From: an uncultured Candidatus Rokubacteria bacterium | GTDB taxonomy: Bacteria > Methylomirabilota > Methylomirabilia > Rokubacteriales > CSP1-6 | DNA length: 64,000 nt | NCBI GenBank assembly: GCA_963758635.1 | Contig: CAVWWD010000007.1 | Span: 192,001-256,000, forward strand | Direction: 5' to 3' | Made by a program: the position numbers and the translations under genes | Part shown: piece by piece, positions 1-9,733 of the stretch | Layout: each line of letters opens with the position of its first letter | How positions within the stretch are numbered: the first letter of the stretch is position 1 | The notes under the pieces: generated by a model | Seen by the model: only the letters and a program-made list of their open reading frames with translations | What the model was told of the DNA's origin: nothing | The model's database searches: none

Positions 1-557
1 TGGCCCGGCGCCGTGCCCGGCTCGCCCCACGACGTGACGTGCGTGCCGTCGGCGGCGAACTTGTGCACGCGGGCGTTGCCGTAGCCGTCGGTCACGAACA
101 TCTCGCCGGACGGGGTCAACGCGATGTCGGTGGGCAGGTTGAACGGGGGGCCGCCGCGGGTCACCTTCGTCCACGCCGTCGAGCTCGAGTCCGACGGGTC
201 CACGCCGGTGTCGGAGCGATGCCCGCGGGCGCCGAGGCTGCGAAGGAGGGTGCCGCCCGCCGTGAAGTAGAGCATCTGCCCGAGGGCGCGATCCACCAGC
301 CAGAGGTTGCCCTGCTCGTCGGCGCGGATGGTGTGGGGGAACTCGAAGAGCCCGGCGCCCCACGACCCGAGGACGTTGCCGTCACGGTCGAAGACCACGA
401 CGGGGTGCTCGGGCGACCGGTTGAAGCAGTACACGCGGTCCTCCCGATCCACGGTCACGGCGGCGGCCGGCATCACCCAGCCCTCGGGGAGCTTCGCCCA
501 GTCGTCGTTCACCTCGTACGTGTACGTGCCGCTCCCGACCGCCGTCGCCGTCGCCAT
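1..557 (-). CDS. NHL-repeat beta-propeller protein (peptidyl-alpha-hydroxyglycine alpha-amidating lyase-like); runs off the window start
   Basis: Manual translation MATATAVGSGTYTYEVNDDWAKLPEGW...DRVYCFNR..HPVVVFDRDG...FEFPHTI...FNLPTDIA...FVTDGYGNARVHKF; GAGGAG RBS upstream. Confidence 0.85.
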   Translation of the reverse strand, partial: MATATAVGSGTYTYEVNDDWAKLPEGWVMPAAAVTVDREDRVYCFNRSPEHPVVVFDRDGNVLGSWGAGLFEFPHTIRADEQGNLWLVDRALGQMLYFTAGGTLLRSLGARGHRSDTGVDPSDSSSTAWTKVTRGGPPFNLPTDIALTPSGEMFVTDGYGNARVHKFAADGTHVTSWGEPGTAPG

Positions 558-570
558 GGTCTGTCTCCTC

Positions 571-2217
571 TCAGAAGGCTCGCCGGTGGGAGAAGGCGAT
601 CTCCTCGCTGGTGATGAACTCGAGCAGCACCGACGTTCCCTCCCCGTTCAGCTGGCGGGCACGCTCCAGCGCGCCGGCGATCTCCGCCGGCTTCTCGATG
701 CGCTCGGCGTGGCCGCCCATCGCCCGGCCCATGTCCGCGTAGTTCCCGCCGATGTCCCGCGTGCGGTACTTGTCGTGCGAGACGACGAGGGCGTGCCGCT
801 CGATGGCCATCGCGGAGTTGTTGAGGACGATGGTCGTGATGGGGATGCCGCACCGGACCGCGGTCTCGAAGTCGAGCCCGGTCATGCCGAAGGCGGCGTC
901 GCCCATGAAATTCACGCAGAACTTGTCGGGCGCGGCGAGCTTGGCCCCGATGACGAGGCCGAGCCCGGTGCCGAGCGCGTGCGACTTGCCCCAGCCCATG
1001 TACCCGCGCGGCGCGGTGGCGGTGTAGAAGGGGACCATCTGGTTGCGCGGGCTCCCCGAGTCGTGCGTCACGATGGCCCCGGCGGGGTCGATCGCCTGCA
1101 TGAACTCCCAGATCACGCGGTAGGGCGTGATCGGCACCTCGTCCGAGGTGAGCTTCGGCATCCACTCCTCGAGCCACGCCGTCTTCGCCGCCTGGACCTC
1201 CGCGGCCGCGGCGCCGGGCGCCCGCCGCCGGGACCCGAGCAGGTCGGTGACCGCGTCGATGAACTGGCGGAGGACGAGCTTCGCGTCGCCCAGGATGGGG
1301 TGATCGGCCGGGTAGTTCTTGTTGAGGTCGCGCTCGTCGTTGGTGGCGTGGATGATGATCTTCCCGCCCGGGATGTTCGTCGCCATCCCGTGACGCGTGA
1401 AGCTGCAGCCGATCCCGAGGAGGACGTCCGCGCGCGGGAGGAACACGCGCACGGGCCCGGACATGACGCCGCCGCCCCCCGTGCCGAGGGCGAGGGGATG
1501 GTTCTCCGGGAACGCGCTCTTGCCCTCGAGCGTGGTCATGACGGGGGCCTGGAGCAGGTCGGCGAGCTCGCGAAGCTCGTCGCACGCCTCGGCGTAGAGC
1601 ACGCCCTGGCCGGCATGGATGACCGGCCGATGGGCCTCCACGAGGGCGCGGGCGGCCAGGGCGATGTCGCGGGGGTTGCCCGCCGGACACGTGGCCTTCA
1701 CCGGCGTGTAGTGGAGCGCCGCCTCCGGCACGTCGGCGCCCGCGACGTCGGCGGGGATCTCGACCATCACCGGGCCGGGGCGGCCCATCCGGAGCAGGTT
1801 GAACGCCCGCCGCATGACCTCCCCGACCTGATCCGGCTGGTTCAGGGTCTCCACCGACTTCGTCACCGAGGCGTAGGCCTTGGCCGAGCTGAAGAGCGGG
1901 AACACCTGCGCGCGGTCGCGCGGGTGGCCCAGCGGCAGCACGAGCATCGGCGTGGAGTCCGAGAAGGCGGTGGCCACGCCGGAGAACGCGTTCTCCGCCC
2001 CGGGCCCGTACTGCATCGCGAACACGCCGAGCTTCCGGCCGTTGGCGGTGCGGCTGTAGCCGTCGGCGATGCCCACGCCGACCCGCTCCTGGCGGCAGAG
2101 CACGGGGCGGATGCCCGCGGCGGCGGCGGCATCGATCAAGGACGTGGTGGGGTAGGCGCTCAGGAACTCCACGCCTTCGCGCATCATGATGACGGCGATC
2201 GCGTCGACGACGTTCAC
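571..2217 (-). CDS. Thiamine pyrophosphate-dependent enzyme (acetolactate synthase-like family)
   Basis: RQERVGVGIADGYSR, GPGAEN, GRPGPV, and the TPP motif GDAAF...LNN; GTG start overlaps the upstream TGA. Confidence 0.9.
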   Translation of the reverse strand: MNVVDAIAVIMMREGVEFLSAYPTTSLIDAAAAAGIRPVLCRQERVGVGIADGYSRTANGRKLGVFAMQYGPGAENAFSGVATAFSDSTPMLVLPLGHPRDRAQVFPLFSSAKAYASVTKSVETLNQPDQVGEVMRRAFNLLRMGRPGPVMVEIPADVAGADVPEAALHYTPVKATCPAGNPRDIALAARALVEAHRPVIHAGQGVLYAEACDELRELADLLQAPVMTTLEGKSAFPENHPLALGTGGGGVMSGPVRVFLPRADVLLGIGCSFTRHGMATNIPGGKIIIHATNDERDLNKNYPADHPILGDAKLVLRQFIDAVTDLLGSRRRAPGAAAAEVQAAKTAWLEEWMPKLTSDEVPITPYRVIWEFMQAIDPAGAIVTHDSGSPRNQMVPFYTATAPRGYMGWGKSHALGTGLGLVIGAKLAAPDKFCVNFMGDAAFGMTGLDFETAVRCGIPITTIVLNNSAMAIERHALVVSHDKYRTRDIGGNYADMGRAMGGHAERIEKPAEIAGALERARQLNGEGTSVLLEFITSEEIAFSHRRAF

Positions 2218-3149
2218 GGCGGTCCTCCCTGGGCCTCGCGGCAATGCGGAATGACTCGCTCGGCGATGTCCACCATGAGCGAGGAGATGCGCGCCATCTC
2301 GCCCGAGTTCAGGGCGAGCACGACGTGCTCGACGCCCGCGCGCTGGTACGCGCGGATGCCTGCCACCATCTGCTCGGGGCTGTCGCCGGGCAGCCGCGCC
2401 CGCCCCGCGGCGCGCGCGCTCGACGGCCGGCCGCCCACCTCCACCTCGACGCGCAGGGACATGACGAGGGCGTCCGGGTCGCGGCCCGCCTCCGTCGCAA
2501 GCTTCCGGACCTGCTCCCGGCCGGCGCGGAACTCCTCGGGGGTCATGCCGGTGGGGTGCCAGCCGTCGCCGAGCGTGGCGGCGCGGCGCATGGCGCCGGG
2601 GCTCTGGCCGCCCACCCAGAGCGGGATGCCCGGCTCCTGCCGCGGCTTCGGCGCGAACTTGAACCCGGTCAGCCGCCAGCGCTCGTTCATGTAGTGCGGG
2701 TCGGCCTTCGTCCACAGCTCGCGCATGATCGCCATGGACTCGTTGGTCAGCGCGCCGCGCTGCGACATCGGCACGCCGAGCGCGGCGAACTCCTCGGTCA
2801 TCGCGCCCGCGCCCACGCCGAGGATCACGCGCCCGCCCGACATCTGGTCGAGGCTCGCCGCGTACTTGGCCAGCTCCACGGGGTTGTGGTACGGCAGCAC
2901 GAGCACCGACGTGCCCAGCGCCACGCGCTTGGTGGTGGCGGCCAGGTACGAGAGCGTGGCCATCGGGTGGTAGTACGGCTTGTCGTCGAGCCGGTCACGG
3001 ATGTAGCCGCAGTTGAGCAGGTGGTCCATGACCCAGATGGAGTCGTAGCCGAGCGACTCGGCGAGCGGCCCCATGGCGAGGACCTGACCGGGATCGGCGA
3101 TGCCCCAGTTGTTCGGGATCGTCACGCCGAAGCGCGCGGGCCCGCCCAC
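2214..3149 (-). CDS. LLM-class (luciferase-like) flavin/F420-dependent oxidoreductase
   Basis: AESLGYDSIWVMDH, LGTSVLVLPY, LDQMSGGRVILGVGAG, PLWVGG, GDGWHP; start codon uncertain. Confidence 0.88.
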   Translation of the reverse strand: MGGPARFGVTIPNNWGIADPGQVLAMGPLAESLGYDSIWVMDHLLNCGYIRDRLDDKPYYHPMATLSYLAATTKRVALGTSVLVLPYHNPVELAKYAASLDQMSGGRVILGVGAGAMTEEFAALGVPMSQRGALTNESMAIMRELWTKADPHYMNERWRLTGFKFAPKPRQEPGIPLWVGGQSPGAMRRAATLGDGWHPTGMTPEEFRAGREQVRKLATEAGRDPDALVMSLRVEVEVGGRPSSARAAGRARLPGDSPEQMVAGIRAYQRAGVEHVVLALNSGEMARISSLMVDIAERVIPHCREAQGGPP

Positions 3150-3364
3150 TAGCGAGCCCTCGCGCGACGTCGGCACGTCGTGCGGACGGGGTCCGGGGAG
3201 ACACGGACTCTTCGTTCCATGGCGCATCCTCCTCGCGCGTGGCTGACGGGGTGCATCGTAGCCGATTTCGCGCGCCTTGACACCGCGCCCGCTTCGCGGG
3301 TAGCTAGCGGATGACGGCAGGCAGCGAGACTGTCTCCCACACATCGACCGGCGAGGAGGATTCC

Positions 3365-3991
3365 ATGATCTACGAGGTGCGGACGTACACGCTCAAGACG
3401 GGCGCGGTGGCCGAGTTCGAGGAGCGCTTCGCCAAGCGCAAGCCCCTGCGCGAGAAGCATTCCAAGCTGGGGGCGTTCTGGCACACCGAGTTCGGGCCGC
3501 TCAACCAGGTGATCCACGCCTGGCCCTACGACGACCTGCAGCATCGCACCGCGGTGCGAGACGCGATGGCGAAGGACACCGAGCTGGCGAAGCTTGCCGG
3601 CGGGCGCGACCTGATCGTGGCCCAGGAGGCGGACATCATGATCCCCGCGCCCTTCATGCAGCCGCTGGGCAGCCGGGACTTCGGCTCGGGCAACGTCTAC
3701 GAGATGCGCACCTACACCTACGCGCCCGGCGAGCTGTCGGCGGTGCTGGACGCGTGGGGGAAGGCGGTGCCCGGGCGCGAGAAGCTCTCGCCGCTCGCCG
3801 CGTGCTGGACGAGCGAGCTCGGCGGCCTCAACAAGTTCGTCCACGTGTGGGTCTACAAGGACGTGAACGAGCGCACGCGCATCCGCGAGGAGTCGCGCAA
3901 GGGCGGGCAGTGGCCGCCCCAGGCCGGCGTGCGCCCCATGCGCCAGGAGAACAAGCTCCTCGTCCCCGCCGCGTTTTCGCCAATAAGGTAG
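3365..3991 (+). CDS. NIPSNAP family protein (tandem domains)
   Basis: Two YE(V/M)RTYT repeats, GPLNQVIHAWPY / GGLNKFVHVWVY, C-terminal FSPIR; GAGGAGG RBS. Confidence 0.9.
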   Translation: MIYEVRTYTLKTGAVAEFEERFAKRKPLREKHSKLGAFWHTEFGPLNQVIHAWPYDDLQHRTAVRDAMAKDTELAKLAGGRDLIVAQEADIMIPAPFMQPLGSRDFGSGNVYEMRTYTYAPGELSAVLDAWGKAVPGREKLSPLAACWTSELGGLNKFVHVWVYKDVNERTRIREESRKGGQWPPQAGVRPMRQENKLLVPAAFSPIR

Positions 3992-4006
3992 GGTCTCTCA
4001 CCATTT

Positions 4007-4042
4007 CCCCTCTCCCCTCCGGGGAGAGGGCAGGGTGAGGGG
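4007..4042. repeat. REP-like palindrome (CCCTCTCCC-loop-GGGAGAGGG-CAGGGTGAGGG), intact copy
   Basis: Hairpin read directly from sequence; inverted relative to a second copy starting at 4103. Confidence 0.8.
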
Positions 4043-4102
4043 CGGTCGTACCACCGCGCCGGGTCGCCCGCCGAGGGTCGATCGTCGAGGTGGCGCCACC
4101 GA

Positions 4103-4124
4103 CCCTCACCCCGGCCCTCTCCCT
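4103..4124. repeat. Left half of a second REP-like palindrome interrupted by IS110 (right half at 5575-5589)
   Basis: CCCTCACCCCGGCCCTCTCCCT joined to GGAAGGGAGAGGGGG rebuilds the hairpin. Confidence 0.8.
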
Positions 4125-4157
4125 GCTCAGAAAATGACGGGTGAACACGGGCTCCTG

Positions 4158-5355
4158 TTAGGCAGCGGGTTCGAGCATTACGCGATAGCCCTGACGTTGG
4201 AGCAGCTCGACGGCGCGACGGGTGATGCGGTGAGATGGCGACGGTCGTAGTAGTCGGGGCCGGGGTCGCAGGAGCGACGCTAGCGAGGATGGATAGACCG
4301 CTGGGAGCATGGCATGGGCGACGGCGACGACAGCCTTTGTGCCCGATGGCGCTGATGCGGCGGTACGCGCCGCCAGGGCGCATTTGGTGCGGATGGCGGG
4401 CAGGGCCGCTTCGATGAGGGCATGCGCGACAGCGGTTGCCCTTCGAATCTTGCTGAGTGTGCTGACCACGCTCTGCCGATTGCCGGGGCAGAACCGACCA
4501 GCGGCGAGATGCCGGCACTGGGAAAGGGGCGCTGTCCAGCCCGATCCGCGAGGAGGACCTCCGCCGTGCGGCGAGCGATCCCCGGCACCGTGTCCAGCTG
4601 GTGCAGCTGGCGCGCGAAAGGGGCCAGGGCGTGTCGACCTCCGCGCTGACCGCGGCGATCGCCTCGTCCAGGTACTCCAGATGGGCTAACAGTTGCCCGA
4701 CAAGAAAGGCGTGGTGGGGCCGGAACCGCCCCGCGAGCGCTTGGCGCAGGGCAGCCAGCTTCTGCGCAACCGGCCCCGCGCCAGGTCGGCCAGCACCTCG
4801 GGATCGGTCGTGCCCTGCACCAACGCCTCCAGCATGGCGCGGCCGAGACCCCCAGGATGTCGGTGGCCACCGAGGCCAGCTAGATGCCGGCGTCCTGCAA
4901 CAGCTTGTGCAGGCGATTGGCCGCCCGCTGGCGCTCCTGGATCACCACCTTGCGGTGCCGCGTCAGATCGCGCAGCTCTCGAATCGCGGCGGGAGGCACG
5001 AAGCTGCCCCGCAGCAGCCCGTGCTCCAGCAGTTGCGCGATGCAGATGCAATCCAGCCGTCGGTCTACCGGCCGGGGACTTGCTTGATGTGGGCGGGATT
5101 GACCAGCAGGCACGTGCCGATCTCTTCGAGGACGTAGAACACGGGCTTCCAATACACGCCGGTGCTCTCCATCGCCACATCCGTGACGCCGTGCGCCTGC
5201 AGCCAGTCCCGCAACAACAACAACTCGGCCGCCATCGTCCCGAACGTGCGCACATGTTGCTCCCGCTCGCCCCGCGGGCCGGGCACGCGTACGCACGCGG
5301 CCACACTGTGCCGGTGCACGTCCAGCCCTGCGCAACGCTCGATCTGTCGCTCCAT
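4158..5355 (-). pseudogene. IS110 DEDD transposase/recombinase with multiple frameshifts and stops
   Basis: MERQIERCAGLDVH, VAMESTGVYWKP, LVNPAHIKQVPGR, GSFVPPAAIRELRDLTR, LDTVPGI, KAVVAVAH, LQRQGYRVMLEPAA spread over several frames. Confidence 0.9.
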
Positions 5356-5394
5356 CCCGCGCCTCCCCCCGGTCATAGTCGCCGCGGCCGGAGG

Positions 5395-5530
5395 AGCCTC
5401 CCTTTGCACGACTCTGCTCGGCGTGCTCAGACACGCAACAATGCGGGGTGCCGAAAGCTCCCACGTCAGACTGGAACCAGACTTGCCCCCGTACCATGGA
5501 GAGGGCGACGTTGCCCGGCCCGCGGCTGGC
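5395..5530 (-). ncRNA. Putative IS110 bridge RNA (target- and donor-binding loops); limits approximate
   Basis: Four ordered segments match the target flanks (5498-5506, 5471-5476) and the element ends (5449-5454, 5424-5431), with flanking short stems. Confidence 0.65.
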
Positions 5531-5590
5531 GCGATGGTAGCCCTTTTCATGCTGCAGGGTGCGCCTCGGCAGCTGGAAGGGAGAGGGGGT

Positions 5591-6781
5591 GTAGAACAGC
5601 GGGCTGTTCGAGGGGAGGCCGAGGACGGTGCGGCCGACCGCCTCGTAGTTCACGAACTGGAGCTGGTTGTGGCGCGTGACGACCTCGGCGTCGCGCGCGT
5701 AGCGCTCGAGCGGGCTCGACGTGAAGATCGACGTGGTGCCGGCGGTCGCGCACACCATGTGGGTGGCGGCGGCCGCGCTCTGCGCGGCGTGGGTCATGGC
5801 CAGGCGCAGGTCGGCGCGCTGGCGCTCCGTGACGGGCTGCGCGGCGAGCACGGTCTGCCACATGTCCGCGACCACGTCGAAGAGGAGCGCCCGCCCCGAG
5901 CGCAGGATGGCCTCGGCCTCGCCGATCTTCGCCTGCACGATCGCGCGATCGCGCAGCAGCTCCGAGGACGAGCGCGGCACCTTCACCTGCGCCAGCTCGA
6001 CGAACGCGTCGATGGCCGCGCGCGCCACGCCCAGGCCCACGCAGCAGAAGCCGCAGCCGGCGAGGTCGAAGCCGTGCATGCGGTTCATCGGCCCGGTGAT
6101 CCGCGCGCGACGGTCGAGCGCCGAGAACGTCCGCTCCTCGGGCACGAACAGGTCCTCGACCTCGATGTCGTGGCTGCCCGTGCCGCGAAGCCCGCTCACG
6201 TTCCACGTGTCGATGATCCGCGCCTGGGCCTTCGGGTAGAAGTAGGCGATCCGCACCTCCTGCTCGCCGTGCGGGGTGAGCCGCGGCGTGTCGCCGTCGA
6301 ACACCTTGCACGCCCCGTGGAGCGCGGACGAGTGCATGCACCCGCTCGCGAAGAACCAGTGCCCGGTGACCCGGTAGCCGCCGGACACCGCCACCGCGCG
6401 GCCGCGCGGGTTCGCGGACCCGGCGGAGATGCCCACCGGGTCGCTGAAGAAGATCTCGCGCCGCACGTCCGGAGCGAACTGCGCGCTCTGCCGCAGCGTG
6501 TTGATCCCCATGGCGAGGCACCAGCCCGCGGACCCGTCGGCCCGCGCGATCTCCTCGATGACCTGGAGCGTGGTGACGACGTCGGCGCCGAGCCCGCCCT
6601 CGCTCTCGGGCAGGGCCACGCGGAAGAGCCGCGCCCGCGCGATCTCGGCGACGAGGGCGGGGGGAAGCTGGCGCGTCGCCTCGATCTCCTCGGCCGCCTC
6701 GCGGACGCGGGGCGCGAGGGCTCGCGCCACCTCGAGCGGCCGGGCGGAGGCGGGGATACGCGCGCCGATCTCGGTCACCAT
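5591..6781 (-). CDS. Acyl-CoA dehydrogenase-fold flavin-dependent monooxygenase (HsaA/indole oxygenase-like); expected stop reads TAC
   Basis: ARADGSAGW, GYRVTGHWFFASG, DTWNVSGLRGTGSHD, SPLERYARD; family-like sequence ends at SPLF. Confidence 0.85.
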
Positions 6782-6803
6782 GGGCGGCTCCTGTGCGCGG
6801 CCG

Positions 6804-7646
6804 TCACGCGGCGAGCCCCGGCCGGAGGGCGGCGTCCGGCGTGCCGTCCTTCCACGGCACCGGCACCTCGTACTCCCGGAGCAGGCAGTCGTCGGGCAGG
6901 CACTCGATGGGGGTGAAGTCGCGGTGCGCGATGTACTCCGGCCGCTTGAAGCGCCGGATGTGGTTCGAGACCGCGCAGAGGCTCAGGTACACGCTGACCC
7001 GGTTCCACGGCGACAGGTTCGAGGTCGACGCGTGCACCAGGCAGGAGTGGAACAGGATCATCGAGCCCGCCGGGCCCTTGGGGGCCACGAGCCCGCCGCG
7101 CCCCACGAGCCGGCTGATCGTCGCGTGATCGATCGTCCAGAGCGGGTAGCTGGTGGTCGTGGTGTCGTGCCCGGCGTCCAGCACGCCGCTCCGGTGGCTG
7201 CCCGGGATGAACATCAGCGGCCCGTTGAACTCGTTCACGTCGTCCAGGAAGATCGCCACGTTCATCGCGCGCGGCTCGGGCATCTGGTCGTCGTTCTTCC
7301 ACGTCCCGTAGTCCTGGTGCCACTGCCAAACGTCGCCGTCGAACGCCATCTTGCCGTTGATCTTGAACTGGTGCATGTAGACGGGCTCGCCGAAGATCTG
7401 CATCACCGGCCGCACCATGCGCGGGTGGCGGGCGAGCCGGGCGAAGGGCGCGCTGTACATGTGGGCGGCGAAGTTCGTGCGCACCACGTCGCCCGTCTTC
7501 TCGCGGACGTTCTCCGGCCGCCGCTGGGCGTAGAGCGCGGGCACCTCGTCGGCGAGCGTCCGCATCTCGGGACTCGTGAACAGGCTCGGGAAGAACAGGT
7601 ACCCGTCGCGATCGAACCGCTCGAGCTGCGCCGGCGTGAGCTTCAT
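6804..7646 (-). CDS. Phytanoyl-CoA dioxygenase family Fe(II)/2OG enzyme (ectoine hydroxylase-like)
   Basis: FDRDGY, YMHQFKINGK, WQWHQDY (HxD), NGPLMFIPGSH, LVHAS. Confidence 0.88.
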   Translation of the reverse strand: MKLTPAQLERFDRDGYLFFPSLFTSPEMRTLADEVPALYAQRRPENVREKTGDVVRTNFAAHMYSAPFARLARHPRMVRPVMQIFGEPVYMHQFKINGKMAFDGDVWQWHQDYGTWKNDDQMPEPRAMNVAIFLDDVNEFNGPLMFIPGSHRSGVLDAGHDTTTTSYPLWTIDHATISRLVGRGGLVAPKGPAGSMILFHSCLVHASTSNLSPWNRVSVYLSLCAVSNHIRRFKRPEYIAHRDFTPIECLPDDCLLREYEVPVPWKDGTPDAALRPGLAA

Positions 7647-7809
7647 CTCGTCGTCCCTCCGCGTCCGATGATGAGGATGGCCCCGATTCTAGCGCGGGAC
7701 GGCGCTCCACGGTGTGCTAGGCTTCGAGCCCCGCAACGATGTGAACTTGCAGCGAGAGGTCGCCCGTTTCTGGCGACCTCTTCGCATTTGTGGCGGCCGA
7801 CAGCATTGC

Positions 7810-8005
7810 CGCGAGATTCTCGTGTTTGCGTTCAACTCGTCCCTGACCTCACTGGCCGGGACGCCGTCCATGATCGACTCGACAAGCTTCTTCCGCCGGC
7901 CTTCGATCCGCTCGATCTCCCTTTCGGCGGCTGACAGGCCGGCGGGGTGCTCCATGCGGAGCCGGTTCATCTCGCGGGTGAACTCGTCGCAGAACTCTCC
8001 GAACC
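7810..8005 (-). pseudogene. C-terminal remnant of a large serine recombinase
   Basis: FCDEFTREMNRLRME...AEREIERIEGRRKKLVESIMDGVPASEVRDELNAN resembles a recombinase coiled-coil tail; no N-terminus. Confidence 0.55.
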
Positions 8006-8009
8006 ACGT

Positions 8010-8100
8010 CCGACGCGGGGAGCCGGTAACGTCCTGGGCCGACCTTCTCCAGCGTGCCGGCCTTGGCCAGCGGGATCACGCGTACCGGTGTGGATTCCAT
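8010..8100 (-). pseudogene. Fragment resembling a type IV TA AbiEi antitoxin N-terminal wHTH
   Basis: LAKAGTLEKVGPGRYRL motif. Confidence 0.4.
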
Positions 8101-8297
8101 GAGCGGCCACGTCCCGGGCACGGAGCACGGGCCGCTTTGGGCCAGAGCAAGAGGACGATCCGAGTCCGGTTGACGGGCGCGGCATGTTGTGTTCGGGCAT
8201 CGTTAAATGTATGCATTTTACCGCACAGTCACGCTACGCGGAGCACAGCACGTAAAGCTGTGCTGCACGCGGCTATCGTGCTAGTCTTGGTCCAGTC

Positions 8298-8531
8298 ATG
8301 AAAACCAACGTCACGCTCAAGCTCGATGCCGATCTTCTGCGCGAAGCGCGTGTGGTGGCGGCGGAGGAAGGGCGGTCGATCAGCGCCCTTCTGACCGACC
8401 GGCTCGAAGCGATCGTGCGCGAACGAAAAGCCTTCGACAAGGCCCGGCGTCGGGCGCTCGCCAGGCTCCGCGAAGGCATGGACCTGCAGTGGACACCACC
8501 CAAGTCGCGCGACGAACTCCATGAGCGATAG
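8298..8531 (+). CDS. Ribbon-helix-helix antitoxin (CopG/VapB-like)
   Basis: MKTNVTLKLDADLLREARVVAAEEGRSISALL...SRDELHER; overlaps a PIN gene. Confidence 0.85.
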   Translation: MKTNVTLKLDADLLREARVVAAEEGRSISALLTDRLEAIVRERKAFDKARRRALARLREGMDLQWTPPKSRDELHER

Positions 8532-8739
8532 GTGTTTCGTCGACACGAACATCCTCATGTACGCGCACGACTCGGCCGCAGGCGAGAAGCACGAGCGCGC
8601 CAAGGCCCTCGTGGAGGAGCTGTGGCAGGCCAGATCGGGTGTCGTGAGCACTCAGGTCCTACAGGAACTGGCCGTCAACCTGCGCCGGAATGACGAGGGC
8701 TCATTCAGGGCACCGACCCGGCTGATAGACAAGTCGTAA
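8521..8739 (+). pseudogene. PIN-domain (VapC-like) toxin, 3'-truncated
   Basis: FVDTNILMYAHD...VSTQVLQE, then diverges; 72 aa, about half a PIN domain. Confidence 0.8.
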
Positions 8740-8814
8740 CGCCGCCCCGCTCCACAGCCGCAGGTACCGGTGGCTGCGCGCCCGGGACACCAACCGCACC
8801 CAGGGGAGCTCGCC

Positions 8815-9658
8815 ATGCCGACCATCGACGCCCAGGTGCACGCCTACGAGAGGAACCACCCCGGCCGTCCCTGGGCGGCCGTGCTGCACGGGCCGCCCGA
8901 GGTCACCGGCGACGACATGGTGGCGGCGATGGACGCCGTGGGCGTGGACGGCGCGCTGCTCGTCTCGCCGTTCACCATGTACCGCGTACGACGCGAGCTA
9001 CGCCGTCGAGGTGCACGCCCGGCATCCTGGCCGGTTCGGGCTGATCAAGCCCGTCGATCCGTCCGATCCTGGCGTGGCCGACACCGTCGCGGACTGGGCG
9101 GCGACCCCGGGCGCCGTCGGCATCCGCATCATGATGAACCGCGGCGTGTCCGAGGACCCCGCCGATCCTGGCATCAACCGGGTCCTCGCCGCGGGCGCGC
9201 GGCACGGGCTGCCGGTGAACGTGCTGTGCTGGGGCCGCCTGGAGCAGGCGCGGGAGATGGCGGTGCGCAACCCCGACACCTCCATGGTGATCGACCACCT
9301 CGGCCTCCAGCAGCCGTTCGAGCCGCCGCCGCCCGCCGAGCCCTTCGCGGACCTGCCGGGCGTGCTGAAGCTGGCGGCGTGCCCGAACGTCGCCATCAAG
9401 ATCACCGGCGCGTGCACGCTCTCGCACGAGACCTTCCCCTATCGCGACATCTGGGGCCCGCTGGGGCGCATCTTCGACGCCTTCGGCATCGGGCGCTGCA
9501 TGTGGGGCACGGACTGGACCCGCGCCGTCGGGCTGCTCACGTACCAGCAAGGGGTCGACGCGTTCCGCGTGACCGATCGCCTGAGCGAGAGCGACAAGGC
9601 CACGCTGATGGGCGGAACGCTCGAGCGCCTGTACCGGTGGTCGCCCGGGAAGGCGTGA
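8815..9658 (+). CDS. Amidohydrolase_2 family protein (apparent frameshift near 8985)
   Basis: IDAQVH, MDAVGVDGALLVS, VIDHLG, CMWGTDW split over two frames. Confidence 0.85.
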
Positions 9659-9733
9659 CCCTGGAGCGGATGGGCGCCGGGCGCCGGCTGCGCCGCGCCG
9701 TGGTATAGAAGGGCGCATGGACAGGTGCCTGCG

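Larger units (their letters stand above)
4123..5574 (-). mobile_element. IS110-family element bounded by CT core dinucleotides, inserted in a REP
   Basis: CT at 4123-4124 and 5573-5574; removing the element restores the REP; carries a DEDD transposase and a ~220-nt 5' non-coding end. Confidence 0.85.

Noticed and set aside
4880..6781. 633-aa monooxygenase-transposase fusion ORF
   Set aside because: Arises because the expected stop at 5591-5593 reads TAC and the frame then runs by chance through the REP, the IS leader and a frameshifted transposase piece
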